NCBI GenBank assembly: GCA_038065315.1
Contig: JBBTRF010000001.1
Coordinates: forward strand, 592,458 to 656,457
Source of the DNA: Patescibacteria group bacterium
Lineage (GTDB): Bacteria; Patescibacteriota; Minisyncoccia; Phycocordibacterales; JBBTRF01
Reading direction: 5' to 3'
Length of the DNA stretch: 64,000 nt
The translations under genes were made by a program, and so were the position numbers. This document shows, piece after piece, positions 55,288 to 64,000 of the stretch. Below the pieces are notes generated by a model. That model worked only from the letters and a program-made list of their open reading frames with translations. It was not told the DNA's origin and searched no databases. The number at the start of each line of letters is the position of its first letter. Within the stretch, counting starts at the first letter, position 1.

Positions 55288-55881
55288 ATGGCTCACCACA
55301 TGTATCACACGCCGGGGTTGGTGCTGAGCTCTCGCGGAGTGGGCGAGGCCAATTCGCTGTTCAGCATTTTCACTCGTGAGCTCGGCATGATTGAGGCCTC
55401 TGCGCAGGCTGTCCGGGAGGTGAAGTCGAAGCTGCGATTTTCGTTGCGTGACTTTTCGCTTTCGGAATTGTCACTGGTGCGCGGCAAGCAGGGGTGGAAG
55501 ATCACGAGTGCCGTGCTCGAAGGCAATTTTTCTGATACCTATGGCCCTGGCTCATCTTCACTCCTCGTCGCCGCTCGTATCTCGAGCTTGTTGCAGCGCC
55601 TCGTGGCCGGCGAGGAGAAAAATGACCATCTTTTTGACACGGTGAGTACAGCACTCCACTTTCTTTCTGCCGAAACCTTATCAGAGGAAGAGCTCGCGAA
55701 TGCCGAATGTATTCTTGTACTCTCTATTCTCCACGAACTCGGGTATCTGCAAGACGAATCCGCTTTTCAGCCTTTTGTCGGCGACGTGCAATGGAGCCGT
55801 GACCTGGTCCGATCGGCTGCACCGCTACGTACGAAGATTATTGCGCAGATCAACACCTCACTTCGAGAGAGCCAAATGTAG
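55288..55881 (+). CDS. recO: DNA repair protein RecO-like
   Basis: N-terminal OB-fold pattern GLVLSSR..GE...FSIFTRELG. Confidence 0.55.
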   Translation: MAHHMYHTPGLVLSSRGVGEANSLFSIFTRELGMIEASAQAVREVKSKLRFSLRDFSLSELSLVRGKQGWKITSAVLEGNFSDTYGPGSSSLLVAARISSLLQRLVAGEEKNDHLFDTVSTALHFLSAETLSEEELANAECILVLSILHELGYLQDESAFQPFVGDVQWSRDLVRSAAPLRTKIIAQINTSLRESQM

Positions 55882-55902
55882 TCTGTGGTATGATATATCT
55901 CT

Positions 55903-57840
55903 ATGAAGCCGTCTTTTGATAAGGGTCGGATCGAAAATGCCAAAAGGAAGCTCGATTCCCGGTTGGTTCAAGATATTCAAGAAGTTGAGCCGTCTTTGGC
56001 AAAAGACGAGGCCTTGAGTGTGAGGCATGATTGGGGTACGCAGCAGGCGGGAGGCTCGCCAGTGGCACCGATGGCACTCTTTCCGCAACAACACGCCAGC
56101 GTGCCCAAGAAGATTCTCATAGCCTCAGTTGCTTTTTTCATCGTCGCGGCCGGTATTTCCGCGACGCTCATCTTTGGCGGCCACAATAACATTTCTTCTG
56201 ACAATATTGGTATCGAAATTTCGGGCCCGATCACTGTCGATGGTGGCAAAGAACTGGCTCTCGAGGTCACTGTTTCCAACAACAACAAAATCGATCTTCA
56301 GCTTGCGGACCTCCGCATCGTATTTCCGGAGGGTACTCGCAAAGCCGACAATCTTGGCGAAGAGCTCAAGCGTCTGACCGATCCGATTGGTGATTTGGCG
56401 GCCGGTCAGTCGGTAAAGAAGCAAGTTCGCTCAGTCTTGTTTGGACAACAGAATGAAAAGAAGCAGATCTTGTTCGAAGTTGAGTATCGAGTCGCCGGTT
56501 CTAATGCGATCTTCACTAAAGACAAGACACTCGACGTCATTGTCACGTCATCGCCAGTGAGTCTCACTGTCTCTTCGCTAAAGGAAGTGAATTCAAAGCA
56601 AGATCTGGAATTCACTATCGATCTCGTCTCAAATTCTTCACAGATTCTAAAGGGTGTCATTGTGCGTGGGGATTACGGCTTCGGCTTTACCTACACTGGT
56701 GCCGATCCAAAGCCCTTCCTCGGTCAAAATGTGTGGCGTATTGGTGACCTCCAGCCTGGAGAGAAGCGCTCAATCCGCGTGCGTGGTCGTCTTGAGGGGC
56801 AGGATGGCGAAGATCGGGCCTTCCATTTTTCGGTAGGTGTTCAGGGTGCGGGTGATCCAAAGACGATGCAGCCAGAGTTTTTGTCGGTGGCCCAGACCGT
56901 TTCTATCAAAAAGCCTTTTGTCAGCCTCGATCTAACTCTCGACGGCTCTAGTGGGCAATTGTTGGCTGCGACAGCCGGTCGCCCTGTCCGCGGCGAGATC
57001 GCTTGGGCAAATAATTTGCCGACCAAGGTGCGCAATGTGAAAGTTGTCCTAAAGCTTAGCGGTATGCTCATCGACAAGTCTTCCGTAAAGGTCACGGATG
57101 GTTTCTATAATTCAGTCGACAACACGATTGTCTGGGATCAGAAGAATACGAAAGCCTTTATTGAAATGAGTCCGGGCGACGCTGGGCAACTCACTTTCTC
57201 TTTTGCAAGTATTGCTCAGGATATCGGCGCCCTTGATCAGTTTAAGAACGCTGAGATCTCTCTAGAGGTTGGTGTACAGGGGAGTCGTACCGACGGTGTG
57301 GATGCTTCAGAGGTGCTTGCTACACCGGTCACCAAAAAGGTACGCTTCGCTTCGGACCTGGCCGCCCTCGCTCGCTCCACTCGCTCGGTCGGCGTCTTCT
57401 CCAACACCGGTCCGATCCCACCGAAAGCTGAAACACAGTCTACATATACGATCATTTGGTCGCTCACCAATACCACGAACACCATCGACGGCGTGCAGGC
57501 TGTCGCGACCATCCCTTCGTATGTCACCTGGCTTGGCAACGTGAATCCGCCTTCTGAAAATGTGGCTTTTGATTCGACCACCGGTACGATCACATGGAGC
57601 GTCGGTGAAGTGAAGTCTGGTGTCGGTTTCTCTTCAGCGCCGCGGCAGCTACAATTCCAAGTCTCTCTTGTGCCGAGCGTGAGCCAGGTCGGTTCCGCGC
57701 CTGTGCTGGTGAATGACCTAATGGTGCAGGGCACCGACCGCTATACTGGTACGCCGCTTCAGGTGAGTCGCCCGGCAGTGACGACCCGCATTAATTCCGA
57801 TCCGACCTACGTCAACGGATCGGAGACAGTGGTGCAGTAG
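55903..57840 (+). CDS. large membrane-anchored surface protein with Ig-like/CARDB-like repeats
   Basis: one TM near N-terminus; beta-rich repeats. Confidence 0.55.
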   Translation: MKPSFDKGRIENAKRKLDSRLVQDIQEVEPSLAKDEALSVRHDWGTQQAGGSPVAPMALFPQQHASVPKKILIASVAFFIVAAGISATLIFGGHNNISSDNIGIEISGPITVDGGKELALEVTVSNNNKIDLQLADLRIVFPEGTRKADNLGEELKRLTDPIGDLAAGQSVKKQVRSVLFGQQNEKKQILFEVEYRVAGSNAIFTKDKTLDVIVTSSPVSLTVSSLKEVNSKQDLEFTIDLVSNSSQILKGVIVRGDYGFGFTYTGADPKPFLGQNVWRIGDLQPGEKRSIRVRGRLEGQDGEDRAFHFSVGVQGAGDPKTMQPEFLSVAQTVSIKKPFVSLDLTLDGSSGQLLAATAGRPVRGEIAWANNLPTKVRNVKVVLKLSGMLIDKSSVKVTDGFYNSVDNTIVWDQKNTKAFIEMSPGDAGQLTFSFASIAQDIGALDQFKNAEISLEVGVQGSRTDGVDASEVLATPVTKKVRFASDLAALARSTRSVGVFSNTGPIPPKAETQSTYTIIWSLTNTTNTIDGVQAVATIPSYVTWLGNVNPPSENVAFDSTTGTITWSVGEVKSGVGFSSAPRQLQFQVSLVPSVSQVGSAPVLVNDLMVQGTDRYTGTPLQVSRPAVTTRINSDPTYVNGSETVVQ

Positions 57841-57891
57841 TTTGCCCAAAAGTCTTATTTCGCATAGGATAAAGCACATACATCACTTCCC

Positions 57892-59277
57892 ATGGCCGAC
57901 ACACACACCACAATGGAATCCATCATCTCGCTCTGCAAGCGCCGCGGTTTCATCTACCAAGGTTCCGAGATCTACGGCGGCCTCGCCGGCACTTGGGACT
58001 ACGGTCCGCTCGGCGTGACCCTCCGCAATACGATCAAGCAGCTCTGGTGGAAGCGTTTTGTCGATGACCGCGAAGACATGTACGGCGTCGACGCTGCTAT
58101 TTTGATGAATCAGAATGTTTGGAAAGCGAGCGGGCATGTTGGTGGTTTCTCCGACCCGTTGGTGGAGGATCTCAAGACCAAGAAGCGTTTCCGCGCCGAC
58201 CACTTACTCGAGGAAAAGGGGATTGACCCAAAGGGTATGACTCCAGCGCAGATGGATGCGCTGATCAAAGAGCAGAAGCTCAAGAGTCCTGAGGGCAACG
58301 CACTTGGTGAAGTCCGCCAGTTCAACATGATGTTCAAGACGCATGTCGGTGCGATCCAAGACGACACCTCTATTTCATACCTTCGACCGGAGACCGCGCA
58401 GGGCATGTTCGTAAACTTCAAGAATATCGTCGACACTTTTCATCCGAAATTACCGTTCGGCCTCGCACAGATCGGCAAAGCCTTCCGCAACGAGATTGCA
58501 CCTCGAGATTTCATCTTCCGTTTGCGAGAGCTCGAGCAGATGGAGATCGAATATTTTGTTGATCCTCGCGATACCAAGCAGGTGAATGAGACCTTTGATG
58601 CGCTCTACGCTGAGCAAGTCGCTTTTTTGAAAGACCTCGGTCTTGCTAGCTCGAAGATCCACAAGGTGGAGATTCCAGATGCCGACCGCGCGCACTACTC
58701 GAAGCGCAGTGTTGATACTGAATTTGATTTTCCATTCGGCCAGAAGGAGTTGCTCGGTCTCGCATATCGCACCGACTACGACCTCAAGGCGCACACTGAC
58801 AAGAGCGGGGTAGACCTCTCGTATTTCGATGAAGAGACCAAGACACGCTTTACGCCGCATTGCATCGAGCCGACTTTCGGTGTTGACCGACTTACCTTGG
58901 CCCTGCTTTCCGATGCCTACACCGTCGACGAGCTCGGCGGCGAGAAGCGCGAGTTTTTGAAGCTCTCCCCGAAAGTGGCACCGATTCTCGTGGCGGTCTT
59001 TCCTTTGCTGAAAAACAAACCTGTGCTCGTTGACAGGGCTCGCGAGATCTACCTCAGCCTCAAAAAGCAGCTCGGCCGCACCGCCTTCGACGACAACGGC
59101 AACATCGGCAAGCGCTACCGACGTCAGGACGAGATCGGTACGCCATTTTGTGTGACTGTCGATTTTGATACTGTCGAAAAGCCAGAGCAGGAGGTGACCG
59201 TGCGCCATCGCGATACCGGTGCTCAGGAGCGGGTGAAGATCAGCGAATTGGCAGCGTATCTTTCGGCTCGAGTCTAA
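57892..59277 (+). CDS. glyQS: glycine--tRNA ligase (alpha2 dimeric type)
   Basis: class II motifs; N-terminus SLCKRRGFIYQGSEIYGGL. Confidence 0.85.
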   Translation: MADTHTTMESIISLCKRRGFIYQGSEIYGGLAGTWDYGPLGVTLRNTIKQLWWKRFVDDREDMYGVDAAILMNQNVWKASGHVGGFSDPLVEDLKTKKRFRADHLLEEKGIDPKGMTPAQMDALIKEQKLKSPEGNALGEVRQFNMMFKTHVGAIQDDTSISYLRPETAQGMFVNFKNIVDTFHPKLPFGLAQIGKAFRNEIAPRDFIFRLRELEQMEIEYFVDPRDTKQVNETFDALYAEQVAFLKDLGLASSKIHKVEIPDADRAHYSKRSVDTEFDFPFGQKELLGLAYRTDYDLKAHTDKSGVDLSYFDEETKTRFTPHCIEPTFGVDRLTLALLSDAYTVDELGGEKREFLKLSPKVAPILVAVFPLLKNKPVLVDRAREIYLSLKKQLGRTAFDDNGNIGKRYRRQDEIGTPFCVTVDFDTVEKPEQEVTVRHRDTGAQERVKISELAAYLSARV

Positions 59278-59314
59278 GTGTGTGGACATTTGTCCTGCGT
59301 GATATGATGGTGAT

Positions 59315-60400
59315 ATGGAGAAGAATTCTCGCAATGTCGTCATCAATATCTCTACATCCACGATCGCTAAATCGGTGATTGTCCTTTTTCTTTTTGTCCT
59401 GCTCTTTCAGGTACGCGACGTTGTGCTTGTTGCGTTGGCAGCTGTAGTGCTTGCTTCGGCGATCGAGCCGGCGACTCGTTGGTTCCAGAGACATCATTTT
59501 CGCCGCTTGTTCGCAGTGATTATTACCTACGTACTCTTGGGCTCGGCTTTTTTCGGCCTGATTTTCTACTTCGTGCCGATCATGTTCAGCGAGCTTTCGA
59601 ACTATCTCGCCAATCTGCCAAAATATCTCAACATTGCCCAGGCTTGGCTGCCGCTCGACAACCCGAACTTTCTCGAAGGCTCGGCGACCATCCAGCACAT
59701 TTCCAACACGAGCTTTTCTTTGAGCAAGGCGCTGAGCGATGCCGGCGTGGCGCTCTCCAGCCCTTCCCAGAGCTTCATCCAAACAGTCCAGCTGATCTTC
59801 GGCGGCTTGCTCAGCTTCATTTTGATCGTCGTCCTCTCTTTCTATCTCGCGGTGCAGGAAAACGGTATTCGTGATTTCCTCCGGATTATTACGCCGGTGA
59901 AGCATGAGAAATACATCATCGATCTCTGGACGCGTTCGCAGAACAAGATCGGCCTGTGGATGCAAGGTCAACTCCTGCTCGGCCTCACCGTCGGCGTGAT
60001 GGTGTTTTTGGCGATGTCGATCGCGGGGATCAAACATGCCTTGTTGCTGGCGATCATCGCGGCCGCGCTCGAGCTTATCCCTGTTTTTGGCCCGATCCTC
60101 TCGGCGATCCCTGGTGTTCTCATGGCCGTCGGCGAGAAGGGGATTACTTTCGGCTTGATTATCGCTGTCGTGTACATCGTGATCCAGCAATTCGAAAACC
60201 ACCTTTTCTATCCGCTGGTGGTGAAGAAAATCGTCGGTATTTCACCAATTGTGGTGATCCTCGCTCTCGTGGTGGGCGGAAAATTGGCCGGCTTTCTCGG
60301 CGTCTTGCTTTCCGTGCCGCTCTCGACTACTCTTATGGAATATCTGAGAGACGTCGAGCGTGAAAAGTATCACGACAAAGAATTACTCGGGACACAGTAG
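59315..60400 (+). CDS. AI-2E family transporter (PerM/UPF0118)
   Basis: 8-TM topology and family pattern. Confidence 0.7.
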   Translation: MEKNSRNVVINISTSTIAKSVIVLFLFVLLFQVRDVVLVALAAVVLASAIEPATRWFQRHHFRRLFAVIITYVLLGSAFFGLIFYFVPIMFSELSNYLANLPKYLNIAQAWLPLDNPNFLEGSATIQHISNTSFSLSKALSDAGVALSSPSQSFIQTVQLIFGGLLSFILIVVLSFYLAVQENGIRDFLRIITPVKHEKYIIDLWTRSQNKIGLWMQGQLLLGLTVGVMVFLAMSIAGIKHALLLAIIAAALELIPVFGPILSAIPGVLMAVGEKGITFGLIIAVVYIVIQQFENHLFYPLVVKKIVGISPIVVILALVVGGKLAGFLGVLLSVPLSTTLMEYLRDVEREKYHDKELLGTQ

Positions 60401-60402
60401 CC

Positions 60403-61893
60403 ATGAAACCGATTTATTTGACCACCACGCTGCCGTATGTGAATGCTGATCCGCATATCGGTTTTGCGTTGGAGATTGTGCACGCGGATATTTTCGCTCG
60501 ATATAACCGCCAGAAAGATGGCGGCGCCACGCAGGTCTTTTTCAATACCGGCACGGACGAACACGGCCAAAAGATCTTTGATGCGGCCAAGAAAGCCGGC
60601 CTAGATACCCAGGCATATGTTGATGGCTATGCCGAGAGTTTTCGGGGCTTGAAAACTGCCCTCGGCCTGCTTGACGATGTCCACTTTATTCGTACTTCGA
60701 GTGCCAACCACAAGGCCGCCGCACAGGCCTTTTGGCGATACTGCATGAAGGCTGGTGACATCTACAAAAAGAAGTACGTCACGAAGTATTGCGTCGGCTG
60801 CGAGCTCGAGAAGACCGATTCCGAGCTGGAAAATGGTAAGTGTACGATCCATCCGAATATGGAGATCCAGCATATCGACGAGGAAAACTATTTTTTCCGA
60901 TTTTCGAAGTATCAGGCAGCGTTGCTGGAATTGTATGAGGGAAAGGGTCCAAATCCACGGCCGAATTTTGTCGTGCCGGATTTTCGTTTCAACGAGATCA
61001 AAGCTTTTGTTGCTCGCGGTCTTGAAGATTTCAGCATTTCGCGTCTGAAGAGCAAGATGTCGTGGGGTGTCGCAGTGCCAGATCAGCCGGCCGGTGAGCC
61101 GGAGCAAGTGATGTATGTGTGGTTCGACGCTCTCGTGAGCTACATTTCCACGCTAGGCTGGCCGACAGATCAGGATAATTTCAAGCATTTGTGGACAAAG
61201 AGCGGTGGCGTTATCCATTTTGCCGGCAAAGATCAGACGCGGATGCAGGCGGCGATGTGGCAGGCGATGCTCATGTCGGCCCATGCTGGCGGTGCGGCAG
61301 AGCTTATTCCGTCAAAGCAGGTGGTGATCCACGGATTCATCACCAGTGGCGGACAGAAGATGAGCAAGTCTTTGGGCAATGTCATCAATCCATATGATGT
61401 GGTGAAGGAATACGGCACCGATGTGTTGCGGTACTTTTTGGCACGCGAAGTGCACCCTTTTGAGGACAGTGACGTGACCCCGGCACGTATCAAAGATGCC
61501 TACAATGCCAATCTTGCCAACGGCTTGGGCAATCTCGTGAGTCGTGTGATGAAAATGGCTCAGGATAATCTCGACGTACCCGTGACGATCCCTGAGTGGG
61601 AAGATATGTCGACATATTTCGCTCTTTTGGAAAAATACGAAGTGAGCAAGGCGGCAGACTATGTTTGGGCCGAGATCGCGGAGATGGACAAGTTTATCCA
61701 GGCCAATCAACCGTTCAAATTGGTGAAGACCGACAAAGCGGCAGGGCAGAAGATGATCTCCGACCTCGTCGTACGGCTCTATTCTGTCGCGCGCATGCTC
61801 AATCCGCTGATGCCGGAGACAATGGTGAAGATAAAGGAGGCAATCAAGGCTAACAAGGCACCCACCGCGCCACTCTTTTTGCGTAGGGATTAA
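60403..61893 (+). CDS. metG: methionine--tRNA ligase (short form lacking C-terminal tRNA-binding domain)
   Basis: HIGH ([11 protein letters not shown]), KMSKS. Confidence 0.9.
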   Translation: MKPIYLTTTLPYVNADPHIGFALEIVHADIFARYNRQKDGGATQVFFNTGTDEHGQKIFDAAKKAGLDTQAYVDGYAESFRGLKTALGLLDDVHFIRTSSANHKAAAQAFWRYCMKAGDIYKKKYVTKYCVGCELEKTDSELENGKCTIHPNMEIQHIDEENYFFRFSKYQAALLELYEGKGPNPRPNFVVPDFRFNEIKAFVARGLEDFSISRLKSKMSWGVAVPDQPAGEPEQVMYVWFDALVSYISTLGWPTDQDNFKHLWTKSGGVIHFAGKDQTRMQAAMWQAMLMSAHAGGAAELIPSKQVVIHGFITSGGQKMSKSLGNVINPYDVVKEYGTDVLRYFLAREVHPFEDSDVTPARIKDAYNANLANGLGNLVSRVMKMAQDNLDVPVTIPEWEDMSTYFALLEKYEVSKAADYVWAEIAEMDKFIQANQPFKLVKTDKAAGQKMISDLVVRLYSVARMLNPLMPETMVKIKEAIKANKAPTAPLFLRRD

Positions 61894-61927
61894 AATAATT
61901 CGATTTCTAGGTGTAATATCACCTCGG

Positions 61928-61957
61928 TTGGCACGGCTGAATGTATGGGTGTATAAT
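61928..61957 (+). promoter_or_regulatory. sigma70-like promoter TTGGCA-18-TATAAT
   Basis: read directly upstream of 62001 gene. Confidence 0.5.
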
Positions 61958-62000
61958 CACTAGACGTTTCCCGTTATCATTTTAATTTTCAGAATCCTAT

Positions 62001-62939
62001 ATGTGGAATAAATATACAAAAGAGGTCATTTCAGGGGTCATTTCATTCGGCATTCTCTTTTCGGGCGTAGCCGTGTTCGCTCAGGAGGGCGGCGTGATGA
62101 GCGATGACGCTACGGCAGGTGAGCCGCCAATGAAGCCACGCCCAGCCCTCTATCAGCAGCGCGAAGAAATGCGCGATGAAGTGAAGACAATACGTGTCGA
62201 CACCCGAAAGGAAGTCGGAGAGATGCGCAAAGAGAAGCGCGAGGATGTAAAGGAAAATCGAGAAGAGGTTCGAAAAGATGTCCGCGATATGCGAGAAGAC
62301 ATGCGCGAGAATGCCTCCTCGACCATGAGCTCGACTACTCGCCGAGAAATGATGGACAAGGCTCGCGACATGCGCGAGGACATGCGTGCCGATATGGAGG
62401 TCCGCCGAGAGCAGTTCAAGAAGGACGCGGAGGTAAAGCGCGAGGAGACCAAAAAGATGGTAGAGGAAAAGCGCGCGCAGTTTGCCGAGAAAGTAAAGAC
62501 GATCAAGGATGAAAAGAAGAAGGCGTCCGTCGAGAAGTTGAACGAAAATCTCATCAAGATCAACGCCAACAGCATCGAGCATTTCACCGAGGTATTGAAC
62601 AAGCAGGATTCGATTGCGGCAGACATTTCGTCTCGAATTTCAAAGATTGAGACTGAAGGAGCTTCGACCACTGTCTCTGTGGCGACAATGAAGGCGGATC
62701 TCGCCTCCGCTCAGGTCGCGATCGCTGTTGCTCGGGCAGCGGTAGTCGCTCAGACAGCCAAGGTGTACAGTGTGGCTATTACCACCGAGGCCAACCTCAA
62801 AATGGATGTTTCGACCGTCAGGAAAGCCCTCGAGACCGACCTTAAGGCCGTTCGAGACACTGTAAAGACGTCCCAGGATGCGCTTCGCAAAGTGGCTCGT
62901 GAGCTTGCACCGGCCCCAGCAGCTAATACTCAAAACTAA
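62001..62939 (+). CDS. secreted charged coiled-coil repeat protein (DMRED/KRE repeats)
   Basis: signal peptide then low-complexity repeat region. Confidence 0.5.
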   Translation: MWNKYTKEVISGVISFGILFSGVAVFAQEGGVMSDDATAGEPPMKPRPALYQQREEMRDEVKTIRVDTRKEVGEMRKEKREDVKENREEVRKDVRDMREDMRENASSTMSSTTRREMMDKARDMREDMRADMEVRREQFKKDAEVKREETKKMVEEKRAQFAEKVKTIKDEKKKASVEKLNENLIKINANSIEHFTEVLNKQDSIAADISSRISKIETEGASTTVSVATMKADLASAQVAIAVARAAVVAQTAKVYSVAITTEANLKMDVSTVRKALETDLKAVRDTVKTSQDALRKVARELAPAPAANTQN

Positions 62940-62947
62940 TCATTCCC

Positions 62948-63160
62948 ATGAAAAAAACTCTTTCAATCATCATCGTCGTTGCAGTGCTCGGTGCGATCGC
63001 ATATTTTGCATCGACCGCCAAAGCACCGGCCGTTGATCAGGAGCAGGCCCCAGCCGCGACCGACACTGCGGCAGCAATCAATTCTTCTGTTGACTCTATC
63101 GAACTCGCAGATCCTAGTACGGACTTGAATGCGCTCGATGCAGACATCAATGCTCTCTAG
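62948..63160 (+). CDS. small secreted/membrane protein (70 aa)
   Basis: signal-anchor + Ala/Asp-rich tail. Confidence 0.4.
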   Translation: MKKTLSIIIVVAVLGAIAYFASTAKAPAVDQEQAPAATDTAAAINSSVDSIELADPSTDLNALDADINAL

Positions 63161-64000
63161 CACTAGTGACAGTCATAGTCGGCCGCAATTTGTTGATGTT
63201 CATGCCCACGCCAATTTCGCCGCGTACGATGCCGATCGTGACGCGGTGATTCGGCACGCGCTAGACGCCGGCGTGTGGATGATGAATGTCGGTACGCAGA
63301 AAGACACTTCGACTTCGGCAGTTGCATTGGCGGGGCAGTATGAGCAAGGTGTGTATGCCACCGTCGCGATTCACCCAGTGCACACCTGCGCGTCACATCA
63401 TGATGAAAAGGAATTCGGCAGCGGGGAAACGGGCAAAAGCTTTGTCACGAAGGGTGAAGTATTTGATCCTGCTGTCTATCGCGCCCTTGCGGCCGATCCA
63501 AAGGTGGTGGCGATCGGCGAATGCGGTCTCGACTACTTTCATCTCGATGAACAGTCATTGAAGACGCAGAAGGAGGTCTTTGTGAGGCATATTGAGCTGG
63601 CCAACGAGCTTGGCAAGCCGCTGATGCTTCATGTTCGTGATGGGGCAAAGATGGGAACGGGGAACACGCTCGGTGGTTCCGCGGCGCCCATCTCCGCCTA
63701 CGCCGACGCATATGAGCTACTCAAGCAGCACGCAAAGGTAAAAGGCAATGTCCACTTCTTCGCCGGCACCTGGGAGGAGGCGCAGAAGTTTTTCGAGCTC
63801 GGCTTCACTATTTCTTTCACCGGCGTTATCACCTTTGCCAAGGAATACGCCGAGGTGGTGCGGAAAGCGCCGCTCGAGATGATCCATGCCGAGACGGACT
63901 GTCCATACGTCACGCCGGCGCCGTATCGCGGCAAGCGCAACGAGCCAGCTCATGTGCGCGAGGTGGTCAAAAAGATCGCTGAGATCCGCGGCGAGGACTT
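63150..64000 (+). CDS. tatD: TatD-family metal-dependent hydrolase, 3'-partial (runs off window)
   Basis: FVDVHAHANF...GECGLDY...HVRDG... TatD motifs; not in ORF track because no stop within window. Confidence 0.75.
   Translation, partial: MLSSTSDSHSRPQFVDVHAHANFAAYDADRDAVIRHALDAGVWMMNVGTQKDTSTSAVALAGQYEQGVYATVAIHPVHTCASHHDEKEFGSGETGKSFVTKGEVFDPAVYRALAADPKVVAIGECGLDYFHLDEQSLKTQKEVFVRHIELANELGKPLMLHVRDGAKMGTGNTLGGSAAPISAYADAYELLKQHAKVKGNVHFFAGTWEEAQKFFELGFTISFTGVITFAKEYAEVVRKAPLEMIHAETDCPYVTPAPYRGKRNEPAHVREVVKKIAEIRGED

Noticed and set aside
59240-60202. 320-aa minus-strand ORF rich in D/E/R/H
   Set aside because: Antisense to the AI-2E transporter gene, whose TM-helix pattern is convincing; low-complexity translation.
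1-64000. CRISPR arrays and rRNA genes
   Set aside because: Scanned for regularly spaced direct repeats and for rRNA-like conserved blocks; none seen. The only repeats are the DGR TR/VR pair and inverted repeats/terminators.

Overview
This 64 kb window has heterogeneous GC content and reads like a reduced, possibly CPR/Patescibacteria-like bacterial genome. Native GC-rich (~55-62%) housekeeping genes are interleaved with AT-rich accessory insertions. I called 7 tRNAs by hand-folding (Arg-GCG, Ser-TGA, Arg-TCT, Val-TAC, Leu-GAG, His-GTG, plus a 3' tRNA fragment); tRNAscan-SE should confirm them.

Housekeeping content:
- Ribosomal and translation genes: rpsT, rplS, and secE-nusG-rplK (with no rplA after rplK).
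- Four aminoacyl-tRNA synthetases: argS, ileS, glyQS and metG.
- pilMNO, a DsbA-VKOR pair, ruvX, recO, glyA, a MacAB-like efflux set, a histidine kinase, a PIF1/RecD-like helicase, and a partial tatD at the 3' edge.

Accessory content and main discoveries:
- A two-gene restriction-modification island (a fused nuclease-like N-terminus plus gamma-methyltransferase subunit, and an HsdS-like specificity subunit) beside an unusual 640-aa protein with isoprenoid-synthase-like DDxxD motifs.
- A Phd/RelE toxin-antitoxin pair.
- A complete diversity-generating retroelement (DGR): target gene with a variable repeat (VR), a 129-bp template repeat (TR) differing almost only at TR adenines, an Avd-like four-helix-bundle gene, and a reverse transcriptase with the YADD and GNLTSQ motifs.
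- A minus-strand operon encoding a ParB/Srx-like protein, a tandem-domain cytidine deaminase, an 814-aa protein whose C-terminal half is a truncated thymidylate-synthase (ThyA)-like fold, and a HAD phosphatase, divergent from glyA. This is a candidate pyrimidine C5-modification or thymidylate pathway.
- An IleRS carrying an inserted histidine-phosphatase (PGAM-like) domain.
- Two HTH-LAGLIDADG-family endonuclease genes, tandem HNH endonuclease paralogs, Fic, a DinD/Bro-N gene, and a frameshifted NYN-domain gene.
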